This document shows, in pieces, positions 54,703-64,000 of a stretch of 64,000 bases of DNA. This DNA comes from Gemmatimonadaceae bacterium. Its GTDB lineage: Bacteria; Gemmatimonadota; Gemmatimonadetes; Gemmatimonadales; Gemmatimonadaceae. The position numbers and the translations under genes were made by a program. Location of the stretch: positions 768,001-832,000 of the forward strand of contig JBHYGA010000001.1 of NCBI GenBank assembly GCA_051859245.1. The letters run 5' to 3'. The stretch's first letter is position 1; each line of letters opens with the position of its first letter. The notes below the pieces were generated by a model that worked only from the letters and a program-made list of their open reading frames with translations, did not search any database and had not been told where the DNA came from.

Positions 54703-57117
54703 ATGCGTGCATTCACCATGACTCAGGTTCGTCACGTCCGCCGATCAGGCGCGCTCGCATTGCGAGCGCTCGTGCTCGGCGCGGCGGTGGCCGGCCTGGC
54801 AGCCTGCGACGGAGATGAGGTGGTTGATCCTCCCTTCGCAGACATCGCCAAGCCGCGTGTCACCATGACGAAGGGGACCAATCCCCCGGATTCGCTGCTC
54901 ATTTTCGCCGTCACGGCCAAGGATGACATCGGATTGAAAAACATTCGCATTCAGTTGTCCGGCGGATTTAACGCGAGCATCGACACGACGTTCAACAGCG
55001 CCGTGCAGGAGTTCACGTTCAACGTGACCGCGCAGGTTCCGCGCAGCGCGCCGCTCGGTAGCACCGTAATCGTGCAGTCCATGGCACAAGACGGCGCTGG
55101 CAACATGTCCGACACCGCGTCGTTGGTGCTCACGGTTGGCAATCTCGCACCGCCAACCGCTGTCATCACCACGCCGGTCGCAGGCAGTCCGGTAGTCACG
55201 GGCAAGTCGCTGGTGCTCTCGCTCAGCGCTCGCGCCGCGTACAAGGTCAAGACGCTCGGCTACGTGACATCGGGTGCGTTCGTTACGAGCGATTCCGCGT
55301 CGTACGCGAATCCGTTGCGCGACAGTGTGGCGGCCATCGACACGCTCGTGGTACCAGACTCCGTGAGCGGGAACAGCCTGACGGTGACGCCGTTCGTGAC
55401 GGACTCGCTCAACCAGCGCGTGCTTGGCTCACCGGTGCAGTACGTTGTGCAGCGCCCCAATGAAGTGACCTCGGTACCGAAAGTGATCACCGGCGTTTCA
55501 CGTCGCCTGGAAATCACCGACACGGTCTTCGTTGAAGCAACCGATGCCGTTGGTATCATCGCGCTCGGCTACGAGATTCGCACACTCGGTGGTGCTCTGC
55601 TCGCCGCTGACTCCGTGCAATCCGATGGCCGGTTCACCACGTTGGTGCGTACGTTCACCACGCGCATTCCGGTCACCACGTTCCCAACGCCTGTCACCGT
55701 GCAGAGCTTTGCTCGCAACACGAACGGCAGCCGTGACTGGGCGCGTTTGTCGAACGGTCAGATCCGCGTAGATACGGCGCAGGTTGTCGCTGGCTACACG
55801 CGTGGACTGCCCGACGGCGGTACCATCGCCGACGCGATCTACTTCCCGCGCAACAATCGTCTGTATCTCACCAACATCGAGCGCAATCAGCTCGAAGTGT
55901 ATAACCTGGCCGACTCAACGTTCCGTCAGCCGATCATCGTTGGCTCACGACCGTGGGGTGTCTCCGCCTGGCCGCGCACACGCGGTGGTGTCATGGCGGA
56001 TACGTTGCTGGTCGCGAACAGCGGCGGTACGAACATCAGCTACGTTGACCTGACGCAGGGCACCACGGGCCGTGAAGTCTATCGCTATCCGCTGCCCAAC
56101 CTGATCGCGTACAGCGTGACGTCGGTGCGTTCGGAAACCACGTCGGAAGTGATCACACAGCGCACTGTGTATGATTTCTCCGATCGCCCGCAGTTCCTCG
56201 CGTCAACCTGCACGGGTGGAACAAGCGAGTCGTCGGCCTGTGAAGATGTGGTGCTCGTGTACTCCACCACGCCAACGCCAGGTCAGCTCGCCCCGTTTGC
56301 CAACAAGGGAACGGTTCGCTGGGAGAACCTCACGCGCAACAGCTCGCATCTGTTCTTTGAACAGTCCATGGGCCAGACCGCGCAGCGCGCCGACACGCTC
56401 GAAGTCGAGCGCTACGCCGCCGGTGGTGTGGGCGCAGACTCCGTGCTCGTGCCGTTCATGCAGCGTGTGCCGCTTCCCGACGGTTCGTTCTACAACTACT
56501 CCATCGTCATCCGCATTGACCAGCTTGCGTTCCGTGACACCACGTACGTTCGCAACTCGGGTAACTTCCGCCGCGCTGTGATCGGCGAAGGTGGACCGGT
56601 ACTCGGCAGTCGCGGCATGATGTACGACGCAACACGCGGTTTCGATCGCACGCCCACGCTGCCGGTGATCGATCGTGGTGTGTCACGCAGCATGGATGTG
56701 TCTGACTATGTGGCGAACACGTTCGCACGAGTACAGGGCGTTGGCATCAACTTCGACGGCGAGCTTGCCGCCATCAAGGGTGACTCCACGTATGTGTTCG
56801 ACGCGACGCTGCGCCTGCAGGGTATCTTCCAGTCACGTGGCAGCACGGGTGGTCTCGATTTCCATCCGGCCAATCGTGGTCTCAACAACAACTCCCTGAA
56901 CACGCGCCTGGCCTTCGTGGCCTCGTCGGAACCAGTGATTGAGATCTACGACAGCTACTGCTTCAAGCGTGTGGGTTCGGTGCCGATCCGTGATCCGATC
57001 ATCGGACCGGTGCGCGCATCACTTCGCTCCGACGGAGCCATTGTACTGGTTGGCGCAACGATCCGCGGTGTGACGCTCGTGCAGCTGCCGGACAACTTCA
57101 CCACCGTCTGTAACTGA
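54703..57117 (+). CDS. Large lipoprotein with about three Ig-like domains and a beta-propeller
   Basis: Lipobox LAAC, Ig-like motifs (AKDDIGL, AQDGAGN, ATDAVGI), YVTN-like blades (RLYLTN, IIVGSRPWGV, LLVANSGGTNISYVDL). Confidence 0.75.
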   Translation: MRAFTMTQVRHVRRSGALALRALVLGAAVAGLAACDGDEVVDPPFADIAKPRVTMTKGTNPPDSLLIFAVTAKDDIGLKNIRIQLSGGFNASIDTTFNSAVQEFTFNVTAQVPRSAPLGSTVIVQSMAQDGAGNMSDTASLVLTVGNLAPPTAVITTPVAGSPVVTGKSLVLSLSARAAYKVKTLGYVTSGAFVTSDSASYANPLRDSVAAIDTLVVPDSVSGNSLTVTPFVTDSLNQRVLGSPVQYVVQRPNEVTSVPKVITGVSRRLEITDTVFVEATDAVGIIALGYEIRTLGGALLAADSVQSDGRFTTLVRTFTTRIPVTTFPTPVTVQSFARNTNGSRDWARLSNGQIRVDTAQVVAGYTRGLPDGGTIADAIYFPRNNRLYLTNIERNQLEVYNLADSTFRQPIIVGSRPWGVSAWPRTRGGVMADTLLVANSGGTNISYVDLTQGTTGREVYRYPLPNLIAYSVTSVRSETTSEVITQRTVYDFSDRPQFLASTCTGGTSESSACEDVVLVYSTTPTPGQLAPFANKGTVRWENLTRNSSHLFFEQSMGQTAQRADTLEVERYAAGGVGADSVLVPFMQRVPLPDGSFYNYSIVIRIDQLAFRDTTYVRNSGNFRRAVIGEGGPVLGSRGMMYDATRGFDRTPTLPVIDRGVSRSMDVSDYVANTFARVQGVGINFDGELAAIKGDSTYVFDATLRLQGIFQSRGSTGGLDFHPANRGLNNNSLNTRLAFVASSEPVIEIYDSYCFKRVGSVPIRDPIIGPVRASLRSDGAIVLVGATIRGVTLVQLPDNFTTVCN

Positions 57118-57149
57118 TCCAGGATCTGCCCCGGTCCGATGGGTCCACA

Positions 57150-57182
57150 ATACGCCGCGTTCCTTTCCGGAGCGCGGCGTAT
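57150..57182 (+). terminator. Terminator-like hairpin closing the pilM-pilQ-lipoprotein unit
   Basis: ATACGCCGCGTTCC-TTTCC-GGAGCGCGGCGTAT; weak U tract. Confidence 0.55.
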
Positions 57183-57335
57183 CGTGTATTCAGTGGCGGC
57201 ACGGCCGCAGGAAACGCAACACCTTGCCGAGTCCGCAGTCGAACGCACGTCGTCTCACGCGTGTCGTTTGGTTACGTTATCGCCAGACGTCTGCGCGAAC
57301 GGTGCGGGCGCCCGATCCTTTTCACTGGTTGCACG

Positions 57336-58541
57336 ATGCTGCGTTTCACAACTGCCGGCGAGTCCCACGGCCCGTCGTTAATTGCGATTCTTGAGGGAAT
57401 GCCGGCCGGCGTGCCGCTCCTGGCCGAAGACGTCAACACACAGCTGGCCCGGCGTCAGCAGGGCTACGGTCGCGGACGTCGCATGCAGATCGAAACCGAT
57501 CGCGTGGAGTTTCAGTCCGGCGTGCGAGCGGGCGAAACAATCGGCTCGCCGATCGCGATGCTCGTGCAGAATAAAGACTGGAAGAACTGGATCGAGATCA
57601 TGGATCCGGCGCCGCGTGAGTCCGACGACACCACCCCTCGAAAGCGCGTCGTCACGCGCGTGCGACCGGGACACGCCGACCTCACCGGCGTACTCAAATA
57701 CGATCGTGAGGACGCACGCGACATTCTGGAACGCGCGTCCGCACGCGAGACCACCGTGCGTGTAGCCGCCGGTGCGGTGTGTCGCCGCTTCCTCGAAGCG
57801 CTCGGTGTGCGCATCGGATCGCATGTGGTGCACCTCGGCGGGATTGATGCACGCGTACCCGACACGCTGCCTGACGACCTCAATGCGGCTTCTGACGAGT
57901 CGGCCGTGCGTATGCTCGACCCCGACGCCGAAGCTCGCGTGATTGCGCACATCGACGAGATCAAGCGCGCCGGCAATACACTTGGCGGCATCTGCGAAGT
58001 GGTCGTGACCGGATTGCCGGTGGGACTGGGCTCGCACGTGTCATGGGATCGCAAGCTCGATGGTCGACTCGGACAGGCGATGTTGTCGATTCAGGCCGTC
58101 AAAGGCGTGGAGATCGGACTCGGCTTCGAAACCGCGCGGCGCACGGGTGCGGAGGTGCACGACGAAATCGAGCCGGCGCCGGGTCGCACGATTGCAGGGC
58201 ACGTGCGTCGCCGCAGCAATCGCGCGGGCGGCCTTGAAGGCGGCATGACCACCGGTGAGCCGCTCGTCATCCGCGTGGCCATGAAGCCAATCGCGACGCT
58301 CATGAAGCCACTGGCCACCGTAGACGTCGCAACAGGCGCGGTGGCGTCGGCTGCGGCCGAGCGGAGCGATGTCACCGCCGTGCCGGCAATGGGTGTGATC
58401 GCGGAGGCGATGACGGCGTTTGTGTGCGCCCAGGCCATGCTCGAAAAGTTTGGCGGCGACTCCCTGGTAGAAGTGCAGCGGAATCTGGCCGCGTATCTGG
58501 CTCGACTCGACGAGCGGGTTGTCGGACGCGCTGAAAGCTGA
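57336..58541 (+). CDS. aroC: Chorismate synthase
   Basis: MLRFTTAGESHG, RPGHAD, ERASARET, NRAGGLEGGMTTG, MKPI, ERSD. Confidence 0.97.
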   Translation: MLRFTTAGESHGPSLIAILEGMPAGVPLLAEDVNTQLARRQQGYGRGRRMQIETDRVEFQSGVRAGETIGSPIAMLVQNKDWKNWIEIMDPAPRESDDTTPRKRVVTRVRPGHADLTGVLKYDREDARDILERASARETTVRVAAGAVCRRFLEALGVRIGSHVVHLGGIDARVPDTLPDDLNAASDESAVRMLDPDAEARVIAHIDEIKRAGNTLGGICEVVVTGLPVGLGSHVSWDRKLDGRLGQAMLSIQAVKGVEIGLGFETARRTGAEVHDEIEPAPGRTIAGHVRRRSNRAGGLEGGMTTGEPLVIRVAMKPIATLMKPLATVDVATGAVASAAAERSDVTAVPAMGVIAEAMTAFVCAQAMLEKFGGDSLVEVQRNLAAYLARLDERVVGRAES

Positions 58542-59074
58542 TGCTGCGGCGTCATCTGATTCTGGTCGGTCTTCCGGGAGCTGGAAAGAGTTCTGTGGGA
58601 CGCGCAGCGGCCGAACAACTCGGCGTGGCGTTTGCGGATCTGGACCTGCTGATCGAGGCAAGAACCGGGCAGTCGATTCCGCAACTCTTTGCAGGGCAAG
58701 GGGAAACGTATTTCCGGAAACAGGAATACGAGGTCACCCAAGAGCTGTTGAGCTCGCCGCCGAGGGTGTGGGCACCGGGTGGTGGTTGGGTCACGGTGCC
58801 GGGTGTTCTGGCGCTGGTTGGAGCTCGCGCCTGTATCATCCATCTCAGGGTTTCGCCGACCGAAGCCTTGGCGAGGCTGCGCGCAGATGCCACTATTCGC
58901 CCCCTGCTCGGTACAAGCGAGCCGGAACGCGTATTGGATCGTCTGTGGCGTGAACGGTCGGCGGCGTACGCCACGGCTCACGCGGTGGTCGACACAGATG
59001 ATGCGGATTTTCAAACGGTGGTGGACCGGGTGTGCGCGCTGGCCCTGGCCGACTCCCCGACAACGGATACCTGA
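58541..59074 (+). CDS. aroK: Shikimate kinase
   Basis: LVGLPGAGKSSVG, DLD, GETYFR, GGGW, RPLL. Confidence 0.95.
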   Translation: MLRRHLILVGLPGAGKSSVGRAAAEQLGVAFADLDLLIEARTGQSIPQLFAGQGETYFRKQEYEVTQELLSSPPRVWAPGGGWVTVPGVLALVGARACIIHLRVSPTEALARLRADATIRPLLGTSEPERVLDRLWRERSAAYATAHAVVDTDDADFQTVVDRVCALALADSPTTDT

Positions 59075-59518
59075 ATGACTGAACGCTGGGTTCAGATGCT
59101 GGCGACGCTCCGGGAGCGATTCTCGAGCGACGTAGATATAGTAGAAATGGAATCGTTTCTCGCGGCCAAGGGATTGGACCGGCAAGAAATTGGTGAGGTG
59201 CTGTCGTTGTACTTCGCCGATGGTATTGCCATGGATCAACCCGCGGTTCCGGTCACGGAGATCCCGGGTGGTGCACCGCGCACGTCACTTCGTGTGCAGG
59301 GGCCCCATGAACGCGGACGGTTCACCCCGGAAGCCTGGGGGTATTTAGTGATGCTGCACGAATCAGGACTTGTTGCGCCGTTCGATTTTGAACAGCTGAT
59401 TGAGCGCGCGCTTTTTCATATTGATGGCCGGATCGGGTTGTCCGACATCCGTTCGCTCGCCGACGATGTGGGATTTGATTCCCTGTCGCCGGACACCGAT
59501 CGCACTCTGCTGCACTGA
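59075..59518 (+). CDS. smg: Smg/DUF494 family protein
   Basis: SLRV...ERGRFTPEAWGYL...FEQLIER...LH terminus; immediately upstream of topA. Confidence 0.8.
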   Translation: MTERWVQMLATLRERFSSDVDIVEMESFLAAKGLDRQEIGEVLSLYFADGIAMDQPAVPVTEIPGGAPRTSLRVQGPHERGRFTPEAWGYLVMLHESGLVAPFDFEQLIERALFHIDGRIGLSDIRSLADDVGFDSLSPDTDRTLLH

Positions 59519-59523
59519 GCCAC

Positions 59524-62010
59524 ATGGCAATCAAGAAGGTCGCAAAAAAAGCGGTCAAGAAGGCCGCGAAGAAAGCGCCAGCAAAAAAAGCGGTGGCCAA
59601 AAAAGCCGCCGCTAAAAAACCGGCTGCCGTGAAGAAAACGGCTGCCAAAACCAGCCGGCGTAGCGCGGCGGCCACACCGTACGAAGACGATGTGCTCCCA
59701 TCGCCAGGCAAGTCGCTGGTGATCGTGGAGTCACCGGCCAAAGCCAAAACGATCGGCAAGTATCTCGGCACTGGCTACACGGTCAAGGCCACGGTTGGCC
59801 ATGTGCGTGACCTGCCTGCCAAGAAACTCGGCATCGATATCGAGAACGGCTTTGCGCCCGACTATGTCACGATTGAAGGCAAGGAAGACATCCTTGGCGA
59901 TCTGAAAAAGCATGCCCGTGTGGCGAAGGAAGTGTTCATCGCAACCGACCCTGATCGCGAAGGAGAAGCGATCGGTTGGCACGTGGCGAGTTTCTTTACG
60001 CAAGGACCGGCGCGTACCCGTGTGGAAGCGCCCATTCGTCGCGTGCTCTTTCATGAAATCACGAAGGACGCCGTCAAAGCGTCCATGGATCGTCCGCTGG
60101 ACATCGACACCGATCGTGTTGACGCTCAGCAGGCGCGCCGCGTGCTGGATCGACTCGTCGGCTACAAGGCGAGTCCGGTGCTCTGGAAAACCGTCAAGAA
60201 AGGATTGTCCGCTGGTCGCGTGCAAACGGTCGCGCTGCGCATCATTGTAGAACGCGAACGTGAAATTCGTGCGTTCACTCCGGTGGAATACTGGAGCATT
60301 GCCGCCGATGTGTCGCACGAGCAGCAGCCGTTCTCAGCCAAGCTGCATCAGGTAGATCGACAGAAGCCCGAGATTGGGAATCAGCAGCAGGCCGAAGCGA
60401 TTCTGCGTGATCTCGACGGCGTCAAATCGTTCACCGTGACGGAGCTGAAGAAACGCGAAGGACGCAAGAACACCGCGAAGCCGTTCAAGACGAGTACGCT
60501 GCAGCAGGAAGCGGCCAAGAAACTCGGCTACGGATCCAAGCGAACCATGCGTCTGGCGCAGGATCTGTACGAAGGCATCGAGCTCGGCGCCGAAGGCGCA
60601 GTCGGTCTCATTACGTACATGCGTACGGACTCCGAGCGTGTCTCTGAAGTTGCTGCGCTCGCCGCGCGTGACTTGCTGCGCGCGCAGTTCGGTGACGAGT
60701 ATCTCACCGCGCAGCCGCAGCTGTATCCGAGCACCAAAGCGAACGCGCAAGACGCACATGAAGGTGTGCGTCCCGCCGATCCGTCACGTCGCCCGGAAGA
60801 TGTGCAGCGGTATCTCACGGCCGATCAGTTCAAACTGTATCAGCTCATCTGGCAGCGTTTCATGGCGTCGCAGATGGCACCGGCCGTGTTCGATACCACC
60901 ACGGTGGATTTCGCCGTGCCGCGCGCCGGCAAAGAATATCTGTTCCGTGCGACCGGTTCTGTGCTCAAGTTTCCCGGCTTCCTCGCGCTGTATCGCGAAG
61001 CGCGTGAAGAAGGCGATGCCAAGGCCATTGAAGACGAGCAGGCGTTGCCGGTGCTCAGCGAAGGCATGGTGGTGCCAGTAAGCGCCATCACACCCACGCA
61101 GCACTTCACCAAACCGCCCGCGCGTTTTTCTGAAGCGTCACTGGTCAAGGAACTCGAGCGTCTCGGCATTGGTCGTCCGTCAACGTACGCGTCGATCATT
61201 TCGGTGCTCGCCGAGCGTCGTTATGTGATGCTGGAGCAACGCCGATTCTTCCCCACGCCGCTTGGCGAAACGGTGGAGAAGGTGATGGTGAAAAAATTCC
61301 CCGCGATCTTTAACGTGGGGTTCACCGCACAAATGGAAGGCGAGCTCGATCGCATTGAGGAAGGTGCGCTCGACTGGCACAAGGCGCTCGACGAGTTCTG
61401 GGAGCCGTTCCACAAAACGTTGAACGACGACGATCTCGACATATTGATCGCCGCCGCGCACGATTTGTCGGCGCTCGAAACGGAGCGATGCCCAGAATGT
61501 GGCGGCAAACTTGTGGCCAAGGGCGGATTTTTCGGGCCGTTTGTTGCCTGCGAAAATCATCCCAAGGTGTGCAAGTATACGCGACCGATCAAAGGCGAGA
61601 AAAAGCCGGCGGAACTCACGGCCTACAAGTGTCAGGAGTGCGAAGCGCCAATGGTCATTCGCCATGGCCGTTCGGGTGACTTCCTCGGCTGCTCGCGATT
61701 CCCCAAGTGTCGCGGCACGCGTTCCATGCCAACGGGCGTGTTCTGCCCGAAGGATGGCGGTGAGATTGCCGAGCGTCGCTCCAAAAAGCGTGGCAAGGCG
61801 TTTTACGGCTGCGAGAACTATCCCACCTGCGACTTTGTGGTGTGGGATAAACCGGTCAAGGAAACGTGTCCGGAGTGCGGCTACGTGGGCGCCGAGTCCA
61901 AGTTCAAGGCGTCGCGCGGTCACTTCCGGAAGTGCCTGAGCTGTGCCAACGAGTGGGACGTGCCGTCGCCTGACGACGCCAACGCCGAACTGGTGGCTGA
62001 GGTCGCATAA
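59524..62010 (+). CDS. topA: DNA topoisomerase I with N-terminal Lys/Ala-rich extension
   Basis: IVESPAKAKTI, TDPDREGE, SAGRVQT, ITYMRTDS, QDAHE, GIGRPSTY, C-terminal zinc ribbons. Confidence 0.97.
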   Translation: MAIKKVAKKAVKKAAKKAPAKKAVAKKAAAKKPAAVKKTAAKTSRRSAAATPYEDDVLPSPGKSLVIVESPAKAKTIGKYLGTGYTVKATVGHVRDLPAKKLGIDIENGFAPDYVTIEGKEDILGDLKKHARVAKEVFIATDPDREGEAIGWHVASFFTQGPARTRVEAPIRRVLFHEITKDAVKASMDRPLDIDTDRVDAQQARRVLDRLVGYKASPVLWKTVKKGLSAGRVQTVALRIIVEREREIRAFTPVEYWSIAADVSHEQQPFSAKLHQVDRQKPEIGNQQQAEAILRDLDGVKSFTVTELKKREGRKNTAKPFKTSTLQQEAAKKLGYGSKRTMRLAQDLYEGIELGAEGAVGLITYMRTDSERVSEVAALAARDLLRAQFGDEYLTAQPQLYPSTKANAQDAHEGVRPADPSRRPEDVQRYLTADQFKLYQLIWQRFMASQMAPAVFDTTTVDFAVPRAGKEYLFRATGSVLKFPGFLALYREAREEGDAKAIEDEQALPVLSEGMVVPVSAITPTQHFTKPPARFSEASLVKELERLGIGRPSTYASIISVLAERRYVMLEQRRFFPTPLGETVEKVMVKKFPAIFNVGFTAQMEGELDRIEEGALDWHKALDEFWEPFHKTLNDDDLDILIAAAHDLSALETERCPECGGKLVAKGGFFGPFVACENHPKVCKYTRPIKGEKKPAELTAYKCQECEAPMVIRHGRSGDFLGCSRFPKCRGTRSMPTGVFCPKDGGEIAERRSKKRGKAFYGCENYPTCDFVVWDKPVKETCPECGYVGAESKFKASRGHFRKCLSCANEWDVPSPDDANAELVAEVA

Positions 62011-62079
62011 GCAAACGCTGCCGTCGCGACGGCGGCGCAACTGATCGTTGGCCGGGTGGCATCGCGGTATATTGCAGCT

Positions 62080-63453
62080 ATGACGTTGCTTACTCCTGTG
62101 CATATCGTTGGTGGTGGCCTCGCGGGCAGCGAGGCCGCCTGGCAGCTCGCGGAACGCGGGCATGAGGTGGTGCTGCATGAAATGCGGCCCGTGCGTGGAA
62201 CCGAAGCGCACAAAACAGATCGGCTGGCCGAGCTGGTGTGCTCCAACACGTTCAAGAGCACCGAAACCACCAACGCGCATGGCCTGCTCAAGGCCGAGAT
62301 GCGCGCTCTCGGCTCCATGGTGTTGACGTGCGCCGACGCGGCACGCGTACCGGGCGGCAGTGCCCTCACGGTGGATCGTGATGTGTTCGCCGCCGGTGTG
62401 CACGATCGCATTCACGCGCACCCGCGCATCACCGTGGTGCGAGACGAAGTAAGCGCGCTTCCGTCGCCGGGCATTATTGCAACGGGTCCGCTCACCGCTG
62501 ACACGCTGGCCGAGACCATTCGCGCGCGTCTTGGCGTGGAGTCGCTGGCGTTCTACGATGCGATCGCGCCGATCATTGCTGCTGAGTCCATTGATACATC
62601 GATCGCGTTTCGTGCGTCGCGTTGGGACAAGGAAACCATGGAGGGTGCCGACGCCGCTGGTGCGTACTTGAATTGTGCGTTCACACGCGACGAGTACGAA
62701 GCGTTTATCGACGCGCTGATCGCCGGTGATCAGTTCACGGCCAAAGAGTTCGACGCCGTTCCGTACTTTGAAGGGTGCATGCCGGCCGAAGAGATGGCGC
62801 GTCGCGGTCGTGACACACTGCGCTTTGGCCCCATGAAGCCCATCGGACTGCGAGATCCGCGCACTGGCAAGCGGCCGTGGGCGGTCGTGCAGCTGCGTCA
62901 GGAAGATCGCGGCGGGCGCATGTGGAATCTCGTGGGGTTCCAGACACGTCTTCGCATTCCCGAACAGCAGCGAGTTTTTCGCATGATCCCCGGTCTTGAG
63001 AACGCGGAGTTCCTGCGCTTCGGTTCGATTCATCGCAACACGTATCTCAATGCGCCGGGTGCACTCACGCCGCACCTGTCGCTGCGCGATGACGCGACCA
63101 CGCTGTTCGCTGGCCAGCTCACGGGTGTAGAGGGCTACACCGAGAGCACGGCGACGGGACTGCTGGCTGGCATCAACTTGTCGCGCATGTTGCACGGCAA
63201 CGCGCCCATCGTGCCGCCGGCGCACAGCATGATTGGTGCGCTATATCGGTATATGCGCGAGGCGGAGCCAAAGCACTTCCAGCCAATGAACGCAAACTTC
63301 GGACTGCTCGACGAGCTCGACACGCCAACGCGAGACAAGCAAGTCAAGCGTGAGCGTTACGCGGAGCGCGCACTGAACGCGATTCGCGAGTGGATGACGG
63401 CGGAAGCGATTACGCCCGTGTTCGAACACGCCAGCGAGACCACATCGGTATGA
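62080..63453 (+). CDS. trmFO: tRNA (uracil-5-)-methyltransferase TrmFO
   Basis: GGGLAGSEAA, AELVCSN, FEGCMP, FGPMKP, VGFQT, GVEGY, FQPMNANFG. Confidence 0.97.
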   Translation: MTLLTPVHIVGGGLAGSEAAWQLAERGHEVVLHEMRPVRGTEAHKTDRLAELVCSNTFKSTETTNAHGLLKAEMRALGSMVLTCADAARVPGGSALTVDRDVFAAGVHDRIHAHPRITVVRDEVSALPSPGIIATGPLTADTLAETIRARLGVESLAFYDAIAPIIAAESIDTSIAFRASRWDKETMEGADAAGAYLNCAFTRDEYEAFIDALIAGDQFTAKEFDAVPYFEGCMPAEEMARRGRDTLRFGPMKPIGLRDPRTGKRPWAVVQLRQEDRGGRMWNLVGFQTRLRIPEQQRVFRMIPGLENAEFLRFGSIHRNTYLNAPGALTPHLSLRDDATTLFAGQLTGVEGYTESTATGLLAGINLSRMLHGNAPIVPPAHSMIGALYRYMREAEPKHFQPMNANFGLLDELDTPTRDKQVKRERYAERALNAIREWMTAEAITPVFEHASETTSV

Positions 63454-64000
63454 GTGAACCATCGGCGTCGCCGGTCGTGTTGCCGAACGATGTCGAAGAG
63501 TTTCTCGAGCATCTCGAGAAGGAACGTGATCTGTCGCCCAACACGCTCATTGCGTATCGACGGGATCTGGCGGCGCTGTGCGCATGGTTGGGGCAAACGC
63601 GTGGCATCGCGGGATGGCAGTGGGACACGCTGACCCGTCAGGATCTGCGTGGCTGGCTGGCGCATCAACAGCGTGCGGGGCTGGCCAAGCGTTCGCTCGC
63701 GCGTGGGTTGTCATCGGTGCGGTCGTTCTATCGGTGGATGCATCGCGACGAGCGTGTTGACGTGAACCCGGCGCGCGCCGTTGGCTCGCCGAGACTGCCT
63801 CGCACGTTGCCGGCGTATCTCGACAAGGCGCAGGCAGAAACGCTCATGACGCACGCGTCAACACGCGCGCAGTCCGGCCGATTCACCGACGTTCGCAACT
63901 CGGCCATGGTCGAGCTGTTCTACTCCAGCGGGCTGCGACTCTCGGAACTGCGCGGCATTGATTTGCCGGATATTGATCTGCTGTCGTTGCAGGTGAAGGT
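63450..64000 (+). CDS. xerC: Tyrosine recombinase XerC, 5' part (runs off the window)
   Basis: ATGA overlap with trmFO; translates MSEPS...EFLEHLEKERDLSPNTLIAYRRDL...LSSVRSFYRW...LPRTLP...ELFYSSGLRLSEL. Conserved topA-trmFO-xerC order. Confidence 0.9.
   Translation, partial: MSEPSASPVVLPNDVEEFLEHLEKERDLSPNTLIAYRRDLAALCAWLGQTRGIAGWQWDTLTRQDLRGWLAHQQRAGLAKRSLARGLSSVRSFYRWMHRDERVDVNPARAVGSPRLPRTLPAYLDKAQAETLMTHASTRAQSGRFTDVRNSAMVELFYSSGLRLSELRGIDLPDIDLLSLQVK

Noticed and set aside
61180..63225. 681-aa minus-strand ORF
   Set aside because: Antisense shadow of topA/trmFO caused by high-GC codon bias; no recognisable motifs.
63450..64000. Phage or island integrase marking a mobile element
   Set aside because: Its position in topA-trmFO-xerC with an ATGA overlap indicates housekeeping XerC; no att or tRNA site or cargo is seen.

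Overview
High-GC bacterial chromosomal window, dense in coding sequence. Gene content and order suggest Gemmatimonadota, but this is an inference. I found no rRNA, tRNA, CRISPR array, prophage or IS element. Left to right: (1) sensor kinases and a solo wHTH/AbiEi-like gene; (2) a persulfide-detoxification operon (TauE, CstB-like PDO-rhodanese, ArsR) beside an aquaglyceroporin; (3) a membrane protein carrying a PilA-like head; (4) a TonB receptor, sppA, an acyl-CoA dehydrogenase, a diguanylate cyclase and a sigma54-driven PEP-CTERM gene; (5) a P1B-5 ATPase, a PAS-GAF kinase, dinB, DUF429, a D-amino-acid dehydratase/aldolase with RidA, and hslR; (6) an HDOD / CHAD-CYTH / CPXCG cluster; (7) three lipoproteins followed by a degenerate ABC-HlyD-TolC exporter and an OMP; (8) arfB, a methyltransferase and a CNNM protein; (9) a large type IVa pilus locus (pilS, pilR, pilA, an orphan kinase, three atypical minor pilins, pilMNOPQ and a large Ig/beta-propeller lipoprotein); (10) aroC-aroK-smg-topA-trmFO-xerC (partial). 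The best candidates for undescribed biology are pilus-related: an apparently uncleavable pilin paralogue with a long basic cytoplasmic tail (6286-6936), the lipoprotein after pilQ, the non-canonical prepilin sites and candidate PilR boxes. Two further candidates are a sigma28-like promoter with homopolymer tracts in its spacer upstream of the diguanylate cyclase, and the lipoprotein/degenerate-exporter block. All calls come from motif recognition by eye; no database searches were run.
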